Assembly: GCA_977030845.1 (NCBI GenBank)
Contig: OZ365109.1
Location: 53,134,001-53,198,000, forward strand
From: Fimbriosthenelais zetlandica
Lineage: Eukaryota
Direction of reading: 5' to 3'
DNA: 64,000 nucleotides
Below, piece by piece: positions 27,629 to 40,100 of this stretch (position 1 is its first letter; every line of letters starts with the position of its first letter). The translations under genes and the position numbers were made by a program. The notes beneath the pieces are model-generated. The model was not told the DNA's origin. It ran no database searches and worked only from the letters and a program-made list of their open reading frames with translations.

Positions 27629-27937
27629 TCACTCTTCGGGCTTACTGTGGATGACTTGGATCCCTTTTGAACGATGAGAAATGAACCAAGACATCATTTT
27701 TATAGTAGTTTTATTTAAACAATTCAACTTCACTGGATCGTACTGAATAAAATATCCTTGTAATCTAGCATGAAACTTCAAATAGGATCCTACATTGAAA
27801 AATCCTAATGGAACTACTCGAAAATAAAATGCAGAATGCACTGTTGGTCCATTGAGGAATGCACTTGACTCATGACGTAGTGACTGAAGGCTCGTTCCAT
27901 TTCCGGGCGATATTCGGGGATAATACCCTAATGCCAT
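27629..27937 (-). mobile_element. Possible Ty3/Gypsy RT relic
   Basis: ORF has ALGYYPRISPGN..SSAF..FYFRVVPLGFFNVGSY (~SGYxQIRMxPxD..KTAF..YEFRVMPFGLxNAxAT). No YxDD follows. Confidence 0.25.
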
Positions 27938-30119
27938 GAGAATTGCCTATGGGAGGGATGGCCCCCATGACCGGAAGCACTTCCGGTGATATTAGACATG
28001 CTATCTACTGATGGGTAGAGCAATCATTCATTGGGCACGAGGTATGACGATGTGGTCCAAAATCTTATGAATCATTAATATTATTTTACTGATGACTTTC
28101 ATCCCAGTTGCATCGATATTACTTTTGATGGTTCAGGCACTGCATTCCTCCCTTGCCATTATAATATTTTATGGATGAACTTTAATCGTATTCAATCACA
28201 AGATATGTGCAGAATGTTCCCTTTTTGAGACAATTCCCTTGATAATATACCACTTAGAAATTACTTCATAAGCATGTCTGGAAGGGTGACTGCACCAATG
28301 TTCGGAACTTGAAGACCCCGCGACCAACTGCATGCCCTGCAAAGGCTCATATGAAGAATCCCTGCATGATTGAGTAAGGGCTATCTGATGACTGCCTTAA
28401 CTAATGGCACATCCCTGGCCTGACATAAAGACACCTAACTTCTCATTTACTCCCCCCATCTCCCATGCACCCGCTGACTATACTCAGGTCCTCGTTCGAT
28501 CCTCGTGCACCCGGACCTCGCGCACATAGATTGATGGCCTACTGTTTCTCGCATTATCTCGCGTCAGGATGCCATTGATAAAAATGGCCATTGCACTTGG
28601 GAAGGCTGGGTCCAACGAAAGGTGATCTGCCCAAAACATGGCTGACATGCCTGTATGTGCCGGTGGTGGTGGCCACTTCCGGTTTTCCAGCCAGCTGGGA
28701 GCTCCATCCTTCCATAGTGCTGCTTCATACAGCTATATTTTTCCTCTTCGTTGCTCCTGTTCCACTTGGATGAGCAGGAATCCAACATTTTATGCAGGGA
28801 TGCCAGAAGAGTTGTCATAGGGCCAGGAAATACTTTTCACACATCTGCGATTCCATGGAATATGCCAAGTTCATAACAAGCATTTTTCGTTAAAGCTCTG
28901 ATAACGTTTTTTAAAGGCGCCATGTTTTTTCTGGGATCTGGTTATTTTTTATAATTGTGCATTACGTGTTTTATCTTTAATCCTTATCTTAATTAAGAGA
29001 CACTTCTGTGAGAGATTTTTTAAAAAGAAGTGCTGTATTAATGTGGATTACACCTAACTATATTTTCTAATTCAGGTCAGGAAAAATCAAAGCAAAACAC
29101 TGTAAGCCTTGAGGTTCTTTTACAAAATATATCAAAATTTTATTCTAACTGTAGTGGCAATGGAGGCAGTTGCTTATAAAGTTGGCATATTGATAAATAA
29201 ATCGACCACTAATTTATGAAGGACATCACACAGAAACAAGTCTACCTCGGCCTTGTTTTGGGATTATCAACACGTGAAAAATCCACCAAAGTATATTATA
29301 GGCCTATATTCAAATTTGTTCACAAAATTAAGATGAAAGCAACAATTACGTGTAGGACCGTTTTATATCGATGCTTCAATCATGGAATGAATATTCCATC
29401 TGTTCAAGGAACGAGTATTTGCATGATTTAATACAACAGCATTGTTTCTCGGCCGAGATCCTTTTTGTTGTTTTTCTTAAATCAACAATCCATCTCTGAG
29501 CCGCCAACCTCTTTCATGATATACCTATAATCTGTGCGTTTTAAATCAGTAGTTTGCTTTCACAAACGCAAGTCTTGTCATATTTATTTAATATCTAGGC
29601 CTATATTTAATATCTTAATGCAATAGATTTTCATTTCAAACAGAAAGGGGTCAAGTATCCATTATATTATGTCAGCCTTTTAAAAATATTTTCATAGGGT
29701 CAGGAATATTGGGCGACGGTCTTATAACTAGTCATTCTTTTATATATTTCTTTTCAATATACTACTCACAATTTGCTAAGATCACTCCTAAAGTCACTCT
29801 TATTTCCCTAGCTCAAACCTCAACGAAAAAGTCTTACATTTAATCAGGCTAACAGACACCTTCAGTTACAGCTGTTCACCAATTTACAAAATACTTTGTT
29901 AGAAAAGTTGCCGAAAAGCAGCTCATTGAGATTGAACTGTGCACATTAGGAGTGATCCTTAAAAAATAGTGAGTAACTGTAGTCCAGTGTAGCTTTTTTT
30001 GCAGCCAGGAAAGCCTAAACATGCACTTTCAGTCAGAAAACAGTTCAATGCTTCTTGTTGATACTCACCACCGATGTCAATTGTGAAATCAGAGTTAGCA
30101 TTATCCAGTATTATTCCCA

Positions 30120-30386
30120 TTAAAAGTGATTCTGTAAGCTGTAAATAGGATTGAAGTACTTTATTTCACTCATACGAAGTTCTGCTTTCACGCGGTATTG
30201 GCTACTTCCCCGTAAAAGGGTTATTTTCTTCACATACACCTCGAGTACGTCATTATGTTGATATGTAGTCCATATTGTAATGAGAGAATAAAATGAAGTC
30301 ATAGTAAAGAATAAGTCTACATGGTATGTGACGATGCATTTACAAATATTTCCTATGAATTTTAAACCTTGAGTATCATTCATCAT
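30120..30386 (-). mobile_element. Degenerate L1/Tx1-like RT relic (domain 5 region)
   Basis: ORF QGLKFIGNICKCIVTYHVDLFFTMTSFYSL...LEVYVKKITLL parallels KGIKIGxxxxKIxxYADDxxLxL....L...GLKINxxKxxIL. The catalytic YADD is not retained (YHVD). Confidence 0.3.
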
Positions 30387-33300
30387 TCAGTCCTTAATCC
30401 AATGAATGACAAGGACTAAAACAGCAAAATAAATCGCTAACTTGTTTTTGATGACAATGGCCTTATTCCCATGCATAACTTGATATTCAATTTAAATTTC
30501 TCGAGTTTTTAAAAAGGAAATGGCAGCGGGGTATTGTTCGAGCCACACCAATAGTCCTCTAGCTAGAAAGGCACCGGATTGGCCGCTTACGATGCTAAGA
30601 ATCTACATTATTATGTAGTTCTGGTTGTTTACTGAGTACCGTAGCCAGAATAGTTTCAGCAACAAATTATCGGTTCATTTCAAACTGCAAAACGTTAATT
30701 GATTGAATTTTATTTTCAAGTTGTGTACTGGACCAGTTCCCCTATCCAAATCCCATCTTTTCAATCAAGCATTATATAATTTTTTTCCTACCCATGCCTA
30801 ATACTCTTAGGACAGGTTATGCCCCATGGTCTCATGACTCTGGGAAGCCTTTGGAAGAGACCCAAGTGTTAAAATAAACATACATACCATTGCTGTTATT
30901 TTCGCCCCGAGAAAAAATGTCATTTAGGGTATGTCCATATATACCCGTATTTAAATGATGATTTCCTAACATGCTAAGATACTCAGCAACAAAATATGAC
31001 ATAGTTATAAAGTTGAGATGAAAGAAAAAAGACAAAGAAATCAAATTGACATAACAGGCAAGTGAGGAGGAGGGTACAGTATATAAACCACTGATGTAGT
31101 ATCATTCAAACATTATATAAACCGCGGATGTCTTACCATCCATCTCTTTCAATTATTCAAACTCCCCAATGATATTATATAACCAATTGATTTAATAATT
31201 AATCATTTTACAATCACTGAAGACAAACAATAAACCGCAGCAGTTCTTTAGATTGGCTATATTACCCTGTGATAAATATGAAACACCGTCGTTAAGAACT
31301 GCTTCATCGTTGCTTAGTTACCACAGAGTCAATCATTCTGTGACGTCATTATCTAATCAGTTTCTCAGGATCCTTTGAATTGCCTACACCTGAAATTTCA
31401 ACAGATACCGCGCAAAGATCACGTGCAAACGTTGCCAAACGGGAGTTGCTTAGAGCAGCACTTCCTCATGACAGGAAGGTAAATCAGAGGGAATGGCAAG
31501 CGCAGAAAGCATTGGTATGATCCCTACTATTTTAGGGTTACATTGCTTAAAATTATTGATTGAATATACGCTTAATTTCTTAATAAGGCTATACTTATTG
31601 CCTACATAAAATTACCATGCTGACAGGAACGTTCAAAATATCATTTCCTTGAATCATGTCATAAGACATGCCTTCAAGTTAAGAGTAAAATATATAATGT
31701 ATAATGTATGGAATTATTATTGGTGGAGTCACGCTTTCTGGAAGACCATAAAACGCTTCCCATTCCGTCTTGACCTTTCCATCTCCCAAATATAATAATA
31801 CACAATGCCTTGTCGTCACCTGGCCCATGTTCAAGTGTAATGTAATATAATTCTTCGATGAAAGGGCGATGTCAATTGACCATTATGTCAATATGATAAT
31901 CATGTTATTAACACAAACGCGGTTGGTATGCATGGATCTAGAGCAGGCTGCTTGACAAAAACCTAAGTGGCTCAGATTCTCTTCATTTGTATTGTCAACA
32001 ACAACAATAATGACTCAATGAATCAGTTTCTATTTACAGATTCAACTATATATAAATCAAAACATATATACATTGCTATATCAACAGCCGAATACATCTA
32101 CAGACACGCCACATTTTTTCTTTCATTCTTGTTCCATTGACCTCTGTTCATCGATTTCTTAAAACCATAATGTAGGTTATAAAGCCTGGGACTTCAATAG
32201 AGAAAGCCTCCAACAAAATGGAAGCAGTTCCCCCTTTTTGTTTCTTCACAAGCCAAGTTATGATAATCATAATGCCCCATGACAAAAAACAAATCTAAAA
32301 ATTATAACAATGAGAGAGCTTTTTGCCTCCGTCCAGTTCAGGTTGTTCAAAATATGAAATTTCCAACTAGATTTATTATCATTGTCTGTATCAAAGGTTT
32401 CTTTCAAAATAGAATATCACTGATACAGTGCAAGATATACCTATGTAGTGCTATTCATTCAATGGTAGATAATATAATTTAATTAGTGAAAATTGATTTA
32501 ATTCTTATGAAAATGACCATAAAAAACTTGAGAAATACCTTTCTATTAGCCAACAGTTACCTCAAATTTCCCACTTTTCCAATTGTTACAAAATGTTCCA
32601 TCTTTTTTCACTATATTTATTTAATTAAAACACACATGCGGACATTGGCTAATACAAACTCGTAGATAATCACATATTATACATTGTTAATCATGACAAA
32701 TCATCTTTCGTCTTATATAAATCTCAATATACACCCCAGGAGGTCAAATTGCACTTGAGATTGAAATCAATCCTGGGGGTACCACATCCAACCTTTGGTA
32801 TAAGACTGATAGGAGTCTAACAATTACAAATGCAATGCCGGAGCAATTGGTATCTACTTGCAGGACAAAACACATGCCCCAAAAACAAATTTACATCTAA
32901 GTATAACGTGGATTGTGTTTCGGTATTATTGCTTTAAACAGGAGTTAAAGACAGTGGAATATGAATACAAAGCAGCAAGAGTTTCAGATGCTAATCTAGC
33001 TTATTATTAATGGATTTATATTAATTACCTTATAATCAATTATCTTACAGCAAGCCTCCCATGCAACAATGGTAAACCGCACAAATTCTTCCGACTGAAT
33101 ATAAGAATATAGATTATTATGCTAAAGTTGCAAATTTTCATTTAAAACAAATAAAAACAAATATATTTGGTGTTGATGGCTATGAGGGTATATATAGATA
33201 TAGATATATAAATATGGGGGCACTTCCATTTGATCATAAAACATGTTTCATTTTTACTTGAAATCTATCAACATAACTCACGTCCCATGTGAAGTAACGT

Positions 33301-33971
33301 GAATTGTCCTTCATTTGCATAACAAGGTAAACACCACCTAGTTGTAAAAATTTGAGTATTGACTGGTATCTCAAACGCTCCGACCCCCTCCTTGGAGCTA
33401 AAACGGACCTCTCTCTTTATCTTCATCAGCCATCATCATTTTCTTCATATCAAATGACTCCTCAAACCTGTCCCCAGATTGTACCAGCTGAGGGGACGCC
33501 CGCTGTCCATTGTGTAGTTTATGAACATTCATTGAATTGTTGCTCACCTAACTACTCAAACAAACCAGAAGAAGCCAGATGATTTGCCATCAACATCATT
33601 TCCACCTCCTCCTCCTCCTTTACGTCCTTTAGTCATAAGTATCACATCATCGAGTCCTGTATGTGGCTCTTTTTGTTTCTTGCGGAAGGCGAGAGAATGA
33701 AGTTTTGAGTGAGTTGGCTGCGCAATAATCACCTTACACTGAGTGTTGGGAGCGTGTACGCCCAGCGTGACACGGGCACGTCGTGAAGGTGACGTCACAC
33801 CTACCACAGCTGCTGAACATGCGCAGTAGCTGCTTCAAACGCTCGTTGGTCGTTGAGAAAGAAATCCTCAACATCCCTTCTGAAGTGACAAGACCACTGG
33901 CGTGTGTGCAGTATGTTGCTAGAGCCGTAACGTAAGAAGCAACGGATGACAAACGCTGAGACATATAAGTG

Positions 33972-34136
33972 TCACTTGCCCATAATGCTCTTCTTCACCT
34001 CGTCTTGGTCAACGTACTCGAAGATATGCGGCGCATTGATGAGGATCCCGACAGTTCCTCCAATGGTGACTGCCATAAAAAGATACAACTGCAGCCTGTC
34101 AATCACCATTGCAATATACCGCCAGTCTTCGAGGAT
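33972..34136 (-). CDS. nAChRbeta1: nAChR last coding exon: M4 and C-terminus (ILEDWRYIAMVIDRLQLYLF...SIMGK*)
   Basis: Corresponds to ORF 33972..34160. Pyrimidine-rich acceptor tttccgtttccag|ATCCTC, EDWxYxAMVIDR motif, TGA stop at 33972-33974. Confidence 0.96.
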   Translation of the reverse strand: MLEDWRYIAMVIDRLQLYLFMAVTIGGTVGILINAPHIFEYVDQDEVKKSIMGK

Positions 34137-37100
34137 CTGGAAACGGAAAAAAGAAGACATTAGGATTAGGATAATGGTTCAAACGATGGTAGCTAATTAA
34201 TCCTGTAAGATAAAGGGGGATTAGGTGCAAGGATGGAATCAATGGATGAGGGGGATGAAGGGAGATGCTCAATCTCTCCCTCACACATATTGTTATATGG
34301 CCTACTTATTCCATTCACTGTCTTCAACCTACATTGACCGTTTGGAATAAATTTGAGACATCTAAAAGAATTTCCATATTTATCTGCGTACAATTTATAA
34401 TACGGTAACAACATAAGTCTTGTTGCTGTACAGACACGATTTGTTTAACTACCAGGGCAATAATTTCCTTTTTCCTGTAGAGATTATCTTTGCATGCCAA
34501 CTCCAGTCTGCAGAGATAATAAAATTAATCCGGCAGTGAAGACACGTCTCGAAAAATTCAAAGAGACGAGAACAGCGAGACTAACACACTGCAAGCTGGT
34601 ACTAAAGCACAAGCACACCCTCACAACTTCCCTTCTTTTTACTTCAATACTGCTGCTGTGATTTGTGCCTAAATAAATCCCCATTTTATTAGCCCATATT
34701 ATACTCTGACCGAGTCATATAATAGGAGCAAAAAACCAAGTAGAACTTAGCAGTTGGCTAGGAAGGAGGCCTCTAAATAAAGCGAATAATGATCCATATT
34801 TCATCCCCACCTTCACGCTCAGATAAGCTCCCTGCTGCTTAAAGGAAAACAGTTGATTACCAGATATAGACAATATTTCATTTAAAATCAGGAGGTCATT
34901 TTTTCGAGGGGTCTTAACTGATTGAGAGCCATATAAAAAATCAGTAAACATTTATGTCTCAACTTCCCAATTTTGAAACGTTACAACCTAGCTAAATCGA
35001 GCACAGTGCTGTAAAGCGCAGTTGAATAATGTAATTATTATAAATTCATCACTATCAATATCAACTCCTCAGTATTGATACAATGATTTGAGCTGAGCAA
35101 CCAAAGTTATCAGGTTTAGCACCGAAAGTGTGAAGCCTGGGTCATTGATAGACGAATAGAGATGGACGGACGGAATGGACAGTGTTAGTGAAAAGTCTTT
35201 GGACATTCCTTGAAGGTCAATAATAATGGAGCGCAGCATAAGATGGACACAATAGCTTCCGAACCATCCATGCCCTTCTCTCCGCAAACGGCTGGAGGAA
35301 ATGTAATTCAGGGTGATATATTGGATAGAAACAGAAAAGATACCATGCAATATTGCCCATTTAGGTTGGCCGGAGAAAAGGGGAGTAAACCTAGGGCAGG
35401 ACCTGGTGGTTGATAAGCCTTGTATGGCAGTGGACAGCTAGATCTGACCACTCCCCTCTCCATACAACTCCCAGTATCATCCGCCACAGTCAACATAGCA
35501 ATACACTCATATCTTTCCTCTCACTCTTTTTGTGCGAATTTCCACGGGGATAAACGAGTTGCAGTGCATGAAAATGCCATTATCTGAGCCTCTAGTGGGA
35601 GGGCATCCCAAGCAGAAGAGGGGTGATGATAAGTCCTCAGCTTGTTGGCCTGGGTGGGAGAGTGTTTGGTGTTTCTTAAGGAGGGATTGAACAGTGGCCA
35701 ATTCAGCGGGGAGCAATAGAAAAGAACATCCACCACACTCGCATTATTACAAGAAAGCCTTCTCCCATTCCTCAGACACCTAGCTTGGAAAAGAACTCTG
35801 AAATTAGAACTCCCCCACAAAACGTGAGCACAAGAACCATAAATATTCAATTCATTTTCACTTTTTACATTTTGATTGAGGTTACAAGGCTTTTTTGAGT
35901 CAATCGGATCACACTTGCATTGAGGAGGTTTAAGATGTGTGGTTTAAGAAGAGAATTTTTCCCACGCTGTGTATTCAAGGCTTGGAGTAATACTTGTGCG
36001 GACAGGGATGTCTAAAAGTGTCCCTTGTAGTGAGGACCATGTTTTTCTTTATTTTATTCAAGCTAAGGGTATCTGTTCAACAGCCACTCACAATTTTTTG
36101 TGTGTGGGAACGATGTGTTCGGAAAAGAATTATTGGTACTTGACTATACAAATGAGACTTCCAGGAGTAGTTCTTGCCCTTCTTCTTTCATCTACTTACT
36201 TGGGCCTGGATGAAATTTACAGCAACACAAGAGAGAAATATGGGGAAAGAACACTGTGAAGTTGAAAGTTATGGTATAGCAGGAGCCGTAGAGGATTGTT
36301 TAACTTTATCCTTGGCGTTTCAGCCACTTTCTCCCTCCCTATCACTCTATTCCGCAGCCGCTCCAATATGCTGACCGGAAGTGACGCAATGGGAATAGAG
36401 AAGACATTTGGCAAGGCAGCTATTTATTTTCATAGCTGCACTGCTTGTTAAAAAACAGTTTTGACACAAAACACCTGTTAGGTCGGCTCCTTCATGGGAC
36501 TAAATGGTGAGACAACAACACTTATTTTTATTTCCTGCTCCAGACGATGGGGAGGAAGTAAGTCCCTTGACCATAACCCATGCAGATCTGACTGCTTCAA
36601 GGCTGCCTCTTGAGCAGCCCCGCCATTTCAGATTAAGATAAGCTGGCACTTTGATCCAGTGGTGGGAGTAGAATAGGGTCTGTAATGGTGGCCCCGCTAA
36701 GCCTGGTATTTGCCTATTTACGGCCGGTCCACAGTCGATTTTAGCAATAATCCAGCCATGTGCTTCGTCCCTATGTCGCCTTTTTCAATTGCACATAGCT
36801 TCTGTTGAATACTGTGGAGGAAGCATTAACCCTCGGCAGTTGGGGTGACCTGAAACGCTGTGTTCTGTATAGAAGGTGGAGGTTGTGAGGTTATACAAAG
36901 GGAAGTCCAAGCTTGAGGGCCTTTATACCAGTGAATCCTATGGGAGCTTGCATTTCCAATGGTTGTCCATGACCTTGGTCACCGCAGATTGTTGGCCACA
37001 GTTTATGAGTCTGAAAAGGGTAGAACGGTACTTCCTGCCTCCATTGTATCATTCTGGACTCTGAGGTAGCCATCAGGCCTTTATCAGTCTCCAACATTGC

Positions 37101-40100
37101 ATCAACTCTCATTCACATACTCTCCTATCTCTTGTTCCCTTAACTGATCTCCATAAGCTTACCAGACAATATCTAAAGACACTCCTGGAAGCATTTTTAT
37201 TCAACAGCCATTATTATGGAATAAAAAATAATACCACCATTGAGAAACTATGTGGCCCACAATGGAAAGGGAAGCATGGTATTCGGAAGCAAGAAAGCAT
37301 GGACATTTTCCATGCGTTATGTTTTGTGATATAACCGGAACGTAAGCATCAGCAGCCATTGTAGGCAGGAGGCGACAGGAGGAGGCAGTAGACTGGCTGT
37401 TATAAACGATAGGTGCTAAGCCAGCTTGATGCGTGGGTGCTGTCTGGCTGAATGGTGTGGGATGATAAACGAGCTTGGGCTTAGGGCCCTCCAATCCGGC
37501 GTTAAGCCCTACGGTAGATGACCAAGTCATCGGAGGACGCAGACTGGTACACAGGCTACTGGTTTGATGGACGTATAGATAGCATAGCATGGAACTCACC
37601 ACCTGGCTCATATGTTAAAGGTCTTAGGTATGATAAGATGTATTTAACGTGAGCAGATTTACACCTATCCATATACCCATAAATTATGGCTATTGGACCC
37701 TTCTGGTGGAACGCATAGTAATATTATGCAGATCTTGGTTTTATCCAGTATAATACTAATATGGATGCCTATCGCAATAGAGTCACTCATTTACATTAGC
37801 CATAGTTCCATCTTTTTGTTGCGGTACGTGTTATGGACCCCAAGTCTTACACCCCGTATTGCAGCGTTAGATATATATATATAGATAGTTATATATAGAT
37901 ATATTTCGAATGAAGGCCTCCAGTGCTATAACATGTATACAGGGGTATTCACTTTGCTACCTTTTATGTAACACAATTGAGTCACAAGAGCTTATTAATG
38001 TAGTTGGCACATCAATAAGTTAGAGGCGTTTACTACTGTTTCCAAGGACATCTCAATATACTATCAAGCGCCTATAGAGTGTCTTATATCTGGGCCATAC
38101 CTTTGGGACAAATTATTCAAAGCAGATGATACTGCTATGCACTAAAATGGCTTGATATCAGATGTTCAGCCATTTATACAAGCATCACTTTCATATAAAA
38201 ACATTTGGTAGACCAGTATATCAGCTTGATATTCATCAAAGATACATAAATACCTGAATAACATATCATTCTCTGAATAACATCTACATTCTTCAAACAG
38301 GTTGCTCGTCCAAGTACGCGGTGACGGTTTGATTGAGGTTGAGTAAAATGGCAGGAAAATGAGTCAAATGTCTACAGCCTAAATTGATGCCCCCGAATAA
38401 TTTCCCTTGGGACCGGTAAATGAAGCTAAGTGCAAGAAAGGCAGAGGGACGATTAGTAATAAAACACCAGGCCTAGGTGAGGTGTCTACCTCGTATAGGG
38501 TGATAGATGTGATGTGAGGAAATTACAGCAGGTCCAAAGCCACCAAAACAGTTATTATAGGTACTTGTATTAATCTTTTAACATTTTAATAGGATGTGGA
38601 CATCAGGTCCCAGGAAAGATTTCCCAAAATATGTTGGAAGGCCAACAATTATTAAGAATATTGAAAAGGCTAGCTTCAAATGTGGAAGGCATTGAAGATA
38701 ATATCCAATTCCAAATATGGAATCGTAAAGCTATAAATATGTTCAATCCACAATATGCCATACCGCCGCCCCGTTTTTCTGCGCCTCCGAGGAAGAATGC
38801 CGTTCATCTCCGATTCACAATACGATGTCGGAAAGAAATGATTTTTCATTGATTTAACTGACAGAATGTCTGTTTGGGTTGCAAACTGACTAAGGATTGT
38901 GAACATATTATTGAGGAGCATGCAGTCCCTACCAATAGATGTGTGGGCGGACCCAATTCACAATCTCCAAAGCAATAGGTTCTTTGTGTCAGGTTGGTAA
39001 AGTGGAACTAATCGGGCGAGGCTTGGCAGTGAGCGATCACTCAAAATATCAAAAAAGACCCGAAAATCATTATCGGCAATCTTTGCAAAAACATTCTTGA
39101 AAAGAGATATTTTTGTTATCCGGCCTGAGGAATGACAGAAGGTTTGTAATCTGGGCAATGTATTTAGTAACATAAGACATCTGTGGTATGGAATATGCAA
39201 TAGGAATGTCGATCAATAAATGGTTAATCTTCTCGCAATTGATAGCCTTGGTGCATGAGCTCTGAAACTAAAGACAGTGGAGTACAAACACACGTCCCTA
39301 CAAAGAATCACTTAATGATGTGGGGAGCTTGGTGCTGCATTCAATAGGTCTAGTTGTGGCTAAGTGATGAGGATTCTGAATGATCTATGTAGGCTACATT
39401 ACCAAATATCTTATATAAATCATCCCCCAAACCCTTGTTTTATTGCGAAGGATGGATTATCGGCTAATATTAGTAATATAATTGATTCTACTGATATTTA
39501 TGTCAGAATCAACCATCCCTTGCCTGATATATTGGAGACCATTCATCCCCATTTCCCATGAGTGACAATTAATCACATTCCATGGCAAATATTTTCATTT
39601 AGTAGGCAAAATTGTACCGCTGAAAAGCCTTTGTGGCAAGTCATTTTTACCGATAATAAAAGACCCATCCATATTCCTTCGATATTCCAAGATCATTCCG
39701 AAAGACTGCGGGCTTCTTGATAGTATACAATCAAAGAGAGCAGGCCCACTGATGTCCAATTGAAGCAACAGTGTCATTCGTTTTCACCTTCAAAGAAAGG
39801 GAACTGAGAGTTGAGGGCTGATGGGACGCTATAGACTCAGGTTTGTACTATGGCTCAGGGTTGCTAGGCAAATCAGATTCATTCCTGCTATAGGGTATTG
39901 ATTATGCAGAGTAAGGGCCTCGATCAATGGGAAGCAGCAGGCTGACTTAAGACAGGGATTGGTTACTCAATAGCAAGGCATATTGGGAATTATTGATTGG
40001 AATGAACCTCAGTTTGAATCGCTGATTGAAGACTGCCTTGTCATTGGTCCCTTTAATTCGGTCCAAGAAGGAGGAATCGGAGGTCTTCTAGTGTGTTAGT

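Noticed and set aside
28490-28502. B-box-like GTTCGATCC
   Set aside because: No upstream A box or tRNA-like fold.
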